From Mustelus asterias (lineage: Eukaryota): DNA of 64,000 bases. This document shows positions 60,786-64,000 of this stretch, in pieces. The DNA lies in the NCBI RefSeq assembly GCF_964213995.1, contig NW_027590119.1, positions 1,116,001 to 1,180,000 of the forward strand, given 5' to 3'. Made by a program: the position numbers and the translations under genes. The first letter of the stretch is position 1, and the number at the start of each line of letters is the position of its first letter. The notes below the pieces were generated by a model. The model made no database searches, was not told where the DNA came from, and saw nothing but the letters and a program-made list of their open reading frames with translations.

Positions 60786-61308
60786 ATGTTTCTGATCTTC
60801 CTGGCGGCGCTCTTGCACGGTAAGCACTGGGTAACGTACATCAAGCCAGATAAACACATTAGATGGTAATATAATTAACCATCACAAATATCGATGTGAG
60901 GGGTGAATGGGGGTGGGGGAGGTGGGGGTGGGGGGGGGAGGGAGGGGCGGGTGCTGCAGAAACAATCGCAGATACAAACATTAACTCTTGATATTTCATT
61001 CCTCTACCTTCACAGGCGGACTGTGCGCAGATCCAGTAGCACAGTCATCGCTGCCAATAACCGCATCAGAAGGGGATTCAGTGCAGTTGGGTTGTGAATA
61101 TACAGACAAGGGTATGTACAGCATGCAATGGTATCAGCAGAAACCGACACAACCCGCGACATGGATTATTACCAAAGCATTAACAGTGAAGGAAGATGAA
61201 GTTTCGGGTCGATATCTGGCGGCTTCTGACGCGTCTAAACAGAACGGTTACCTCAATATAAGCACCCTCAGTGTGGAGTACGGGGCGGTCTATTACTGTG
61301 CAGTGAGG
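60786..61308 (+). CDS. TRAV: TCR alpha/delta-type V gene segment, open frame (leader 60786-60819, V exon 61016-61308)
   Basis: Leader MFLIFLAALLH|G with GTAAG..CACAG intron; DPVAQ..EGDSVQLGC..MQWYQQKP..AVYYCAVR. Confidence 0.9.
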
Positions 61309-61347
61309 CACAGCGTTAGATTAAAGGTAAAACCCCGTACAAAAACC
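61309..61347 (+). promoter_or_regulatory. 23-bp-spacer recombination signal sequence
   Basis: CACAGCG + 23 nt + ACAAAAACC. Confidence 0.93.
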
Positions 61348-61502
61348 TCAGCGAGTATTTACAGCTCCATTAAGTTTCCTCCTGCGCGAATGGTTTGACC
61401 CGGCTTCAAGAAGACAGTCATTTCTAATTAGGGTAGAGCCGACGGGATGATTGGATATCACCTGAAGACTCTGTCAGCAATAAGCCAATAAGCAGATGGT
61501 GT

Positions 61503-62011
61503 TGTGGTGAACCATCGTTGGTTCCCACTAGGTAGTACTGAGCCAGGGTCTGGCCAGTACGACGAGTCTGTATATATGTTGCTGTTGGGATTAGGGATGG
61601 GTTGTTCTATTTGTTACTGTTGGGGTTAGGGTTGGGCTGTTACACCTGTATTATAGTTATTATGGTACATCCCAGTCGGGCTCCACCTCCTGGGAGAGGT
61701 ATAAAGGTCACTGCTCTGCTTGGGACCCCTCAGTCTGGGATCGTGTACTATATATGGTAGCTTCGTTGTAATAGTAAATAAAAGCCTTTATTTCCTTGAG
61801 CATATCAAGCCTCGTGAGTGATAACGCGCATCAATTTTATTTACTATTAATTAAACTCTCGTCGTTAAACAAAAAGGAAAATGATACAGAGAGTATGGAA
61901 CAAGTAGAACAACCCATCCCTAACCCCAACAGCAACATATATACAGACTCGTAGTACTGGCAAGACCCTGGCTCAGTACTACCTAGTGGGAACCAACGAT
62001 GGTTCACCACA
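61503..62011. mobile_element. 509-bp element with 113-bp terminal inverted repeats, TG..CA ends and 5-bp TSD
   Basis: 61503-61615 is the reverse complement of 61899-62011 (about 4 mismatches); GGTGT at 61498-61502 and 62012-62016. Confidence 0.88.
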
Positions 62012-62171
62012 GGTGTTATCTAATATTCTCTTAATTCTCGATCCAGTGATCTCAGCTCTTCCTCCCATTGATTCTGTAGGATGTGACATCCACTGCTCTC
62101 AGCTTTATCTCGTTCGATATTCTGCAACTTTCGGAGACACAAGTCCCGGGAATCCAGGAGCAGCAGCAGCG

Positions 62172-63092
62172 ATGCGGAGCTCCCTTCTCGCTGTTTTCTG
62201 GGTGACATTCATTGTCGGTAAGAAGTTTGAAACTTGAAAAAGAGTAAAAGGGAGTTTAATTTATGGAGGAATAAGTTTGAAAAGCAGGACTTTCGTGTTA
62301 AACAAGTATTAGACCTGCCTTAGAGCACAAATGAATCTTTGTTTGTGGCTTTGGTCTTTTGGAGGACAGATTCTAAAAGCGCACAGCAAAGGCGATTTAA
62401 AGAGATGGTACCAGGATTGGAAGATGAGGGCTATCAGAAAGCATTATAAAAATTATGATTGCTCTCTCTCTGGACGAGAAGACAATCAGGTAATCTGACT
62501 GATTTCTGGACAATGATGATCAAATCAATTTAAATAATAATAAATCAAATCAAAGAGATTTAGTGTGCTGGACGGGTAGAGGATGATTCCATTTGGGGAG
62601 TATTACATATCTGTGTCCCATAAATCTAAGTGAAACAAAAAGATCAACTGGGAATTACAGAGAAATTTTTTTTGAAAGAGTTCTGTAGAAGTGACTCACA
62701 CTGACACAATGAACTGTTGAGGAGAGGATTAACGATGCATTGGAGGGCAAACTAGAGAAACCGCTGAGGTAGAAAGGGATAGAGGTATTTGAGATGAGGC
62801 AGGAGGGAGGATTCTCCGAGGGATTGTGAAAGGGGACAGAGATCAGTTGGAGTGAATGTGTTAGAATTTAATACCTTCTTTTATGTTGCACTGATTTTTC
62901 ACCCTCGCTTCAAGTGAACTTTTAATCAATGACTTTTGTTTGTTAACCTTGTGTTCTCGATCTGAACGATGGAGATTCTGTTACTCAGCTGGAATCCTCA
63001 CTCACACAGACAGAGGGAGAAGATGTCACTTTAATCTGCACCTATACCGACGATGCTTATTATTTATTCTGGTATTGTCAATACCCAGGCAG
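62172..63092 (+). pseudogene. TCR V pseudogene (leader 62172-62217, partial V exon ~62960-63092)
   Basis: Leader MRSSLLAVFWVTFIV|G with GTAAG; acceptor AG lost (TTCTCG|AT); [33 protein letters not shown], then CR1. Confidence 0.85.
62265..62850 (+). mobile_element. Old CR1 3' fragment in the V leader intron
   Basis: Decayed QRRFKEMVPGL and NFF..RV motifs. Confidence 0.55.
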
Positions 63093-64000
63093 ACATCCCT
63101 CCAAACTATCCACAACACCATCAACTTTCGTGTCGTCGGCAAACTTACCAACCCATCCCTCCACTTCCTCATCCAGTCATTTATGAAAATGACAAACATC
63201 AAGGGTCCCAGAACAGATCCCTGGGGCACTCCACTGGTGACCGACCTCCATTCAGAAAAAGTCCCATCTACAACCACTCTCTGCCTTCTGCAGGCAAGCC
63301 AGATCTGAATCCACAAGGCAACAGCCCCTTGGATCCCATGCCCTCTCACTTTCTCGAGAAGTCTTGCATGGGGGACCTTATCGAATGCCTTGCTGAAGTC
63401 CATGTAAACCACATCTACCGCTTTTCCTTCGTCAATGTGTTCAGTCACATTTTCAAAGAACTCCACCAGGCTCGTAGGACACGATTTGCCTTTGACAAAG
63501 CCGTGCTGACTACTTTTGAGCATACTAAACTTCTCAAAATGTTCAGAAATCCTGTCACTCAGGATTTTCTCCATCAACTTACCAACCACTGAGGTTAGAC
63601 TCACCGGTCGGTAATTTCCTGGGCTATCCCTATTCCCTTTCTTCAATATAGGAACCACATCCGCAATCTTCCAATCCTCCAGAACCTCTCCCGTCTCCAT
63701 TGATGATGCAAAGATCATCGCCAGAGGCTCTGCAATCTCTTCCCTCGCCTCCCATAGTAACCCGGGGTACATCCCACCCGGTCCCAGCAACTTATCTATC
63801 TTGATGCTATTCAAAATTTCCAACACACCCTCTTTCTTAATGTCCTCATACTCAATCTTTTCAGTCCACCTCAATCCTGTAGTACAACCACCCAGGTCTT
63901 TTTCCACCGTGAATACCGAGGTAAAATATTCATTAAGCACCTCTGCTATTTCTTCCAGTTCTGTACAGACTTTCTCACCTTCACATTTTATAGGTTCTAT
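63090..64000 (-). mobile_element. CR1 ORF2 fragment
   Basis: [43 protein letters not shown]; breaks off just after FADDTK. Confidence 0.92.

Noticed and set aside
48327-63092. Assignment of the V segments to IgH, IgNAR or NAR-TCR; presence of D or J segments
   Set aside because: WYRQ/WYQQ frameworks and DSVTQ-type starts fit TCR alpha/delta; no promoter octamer seen; no 12-RSS or FGxG segment recognised

Overview
Vertebrate genomic DNA, most likely from a shark or other cartilaginous fish (inferred from the CR1/HE1-type SINE/Penelope repeat content and the style of the TCR V segments). It has two halves. (1) About 1-44.5 kb is a cluster of nine paralogous KRAB-less C2H2 zinc-finger genes. 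Most have a non-coding exon 1, an intron and one coding exon starting MEKPWKC, and they form head-to-head pairs around CpG-rich promoters. Two are intact (18795-19637 +, 26632-27642 -); the rest are frameshifted, nonsense-mutated, truncated or split by a young CR1. (2) About 48-64 kb is a T-cell receptor alpha/delta-type V array: two intact V genes with leader exons and 23-bp RSS, one inverted V pseudogene, two V relics, several CTCF-like motifs and interspersed tRNA genes or pseudogenes. The most unusual observation is at 17.3-18.0 kb. Both genes of one divergent ZNF pair carry a sense-oriented tRNA gene (Arg-ACG in one, Gly-GCC in the other) with intact A/B boxes. Each is fused to the same TTTT-containing ~27-nt module that ends at the exon-1 splice donor. 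Also notable are a CR1 insertion that turns one ZNF exon into three consecutive same-strand ORFs, a 509-bp element with LTR-like signals but inverted ends and a 5-bp TSD, and an intron-containing tRNA-Pro(CGG) relic. All calls were made by eye; no searches were run.
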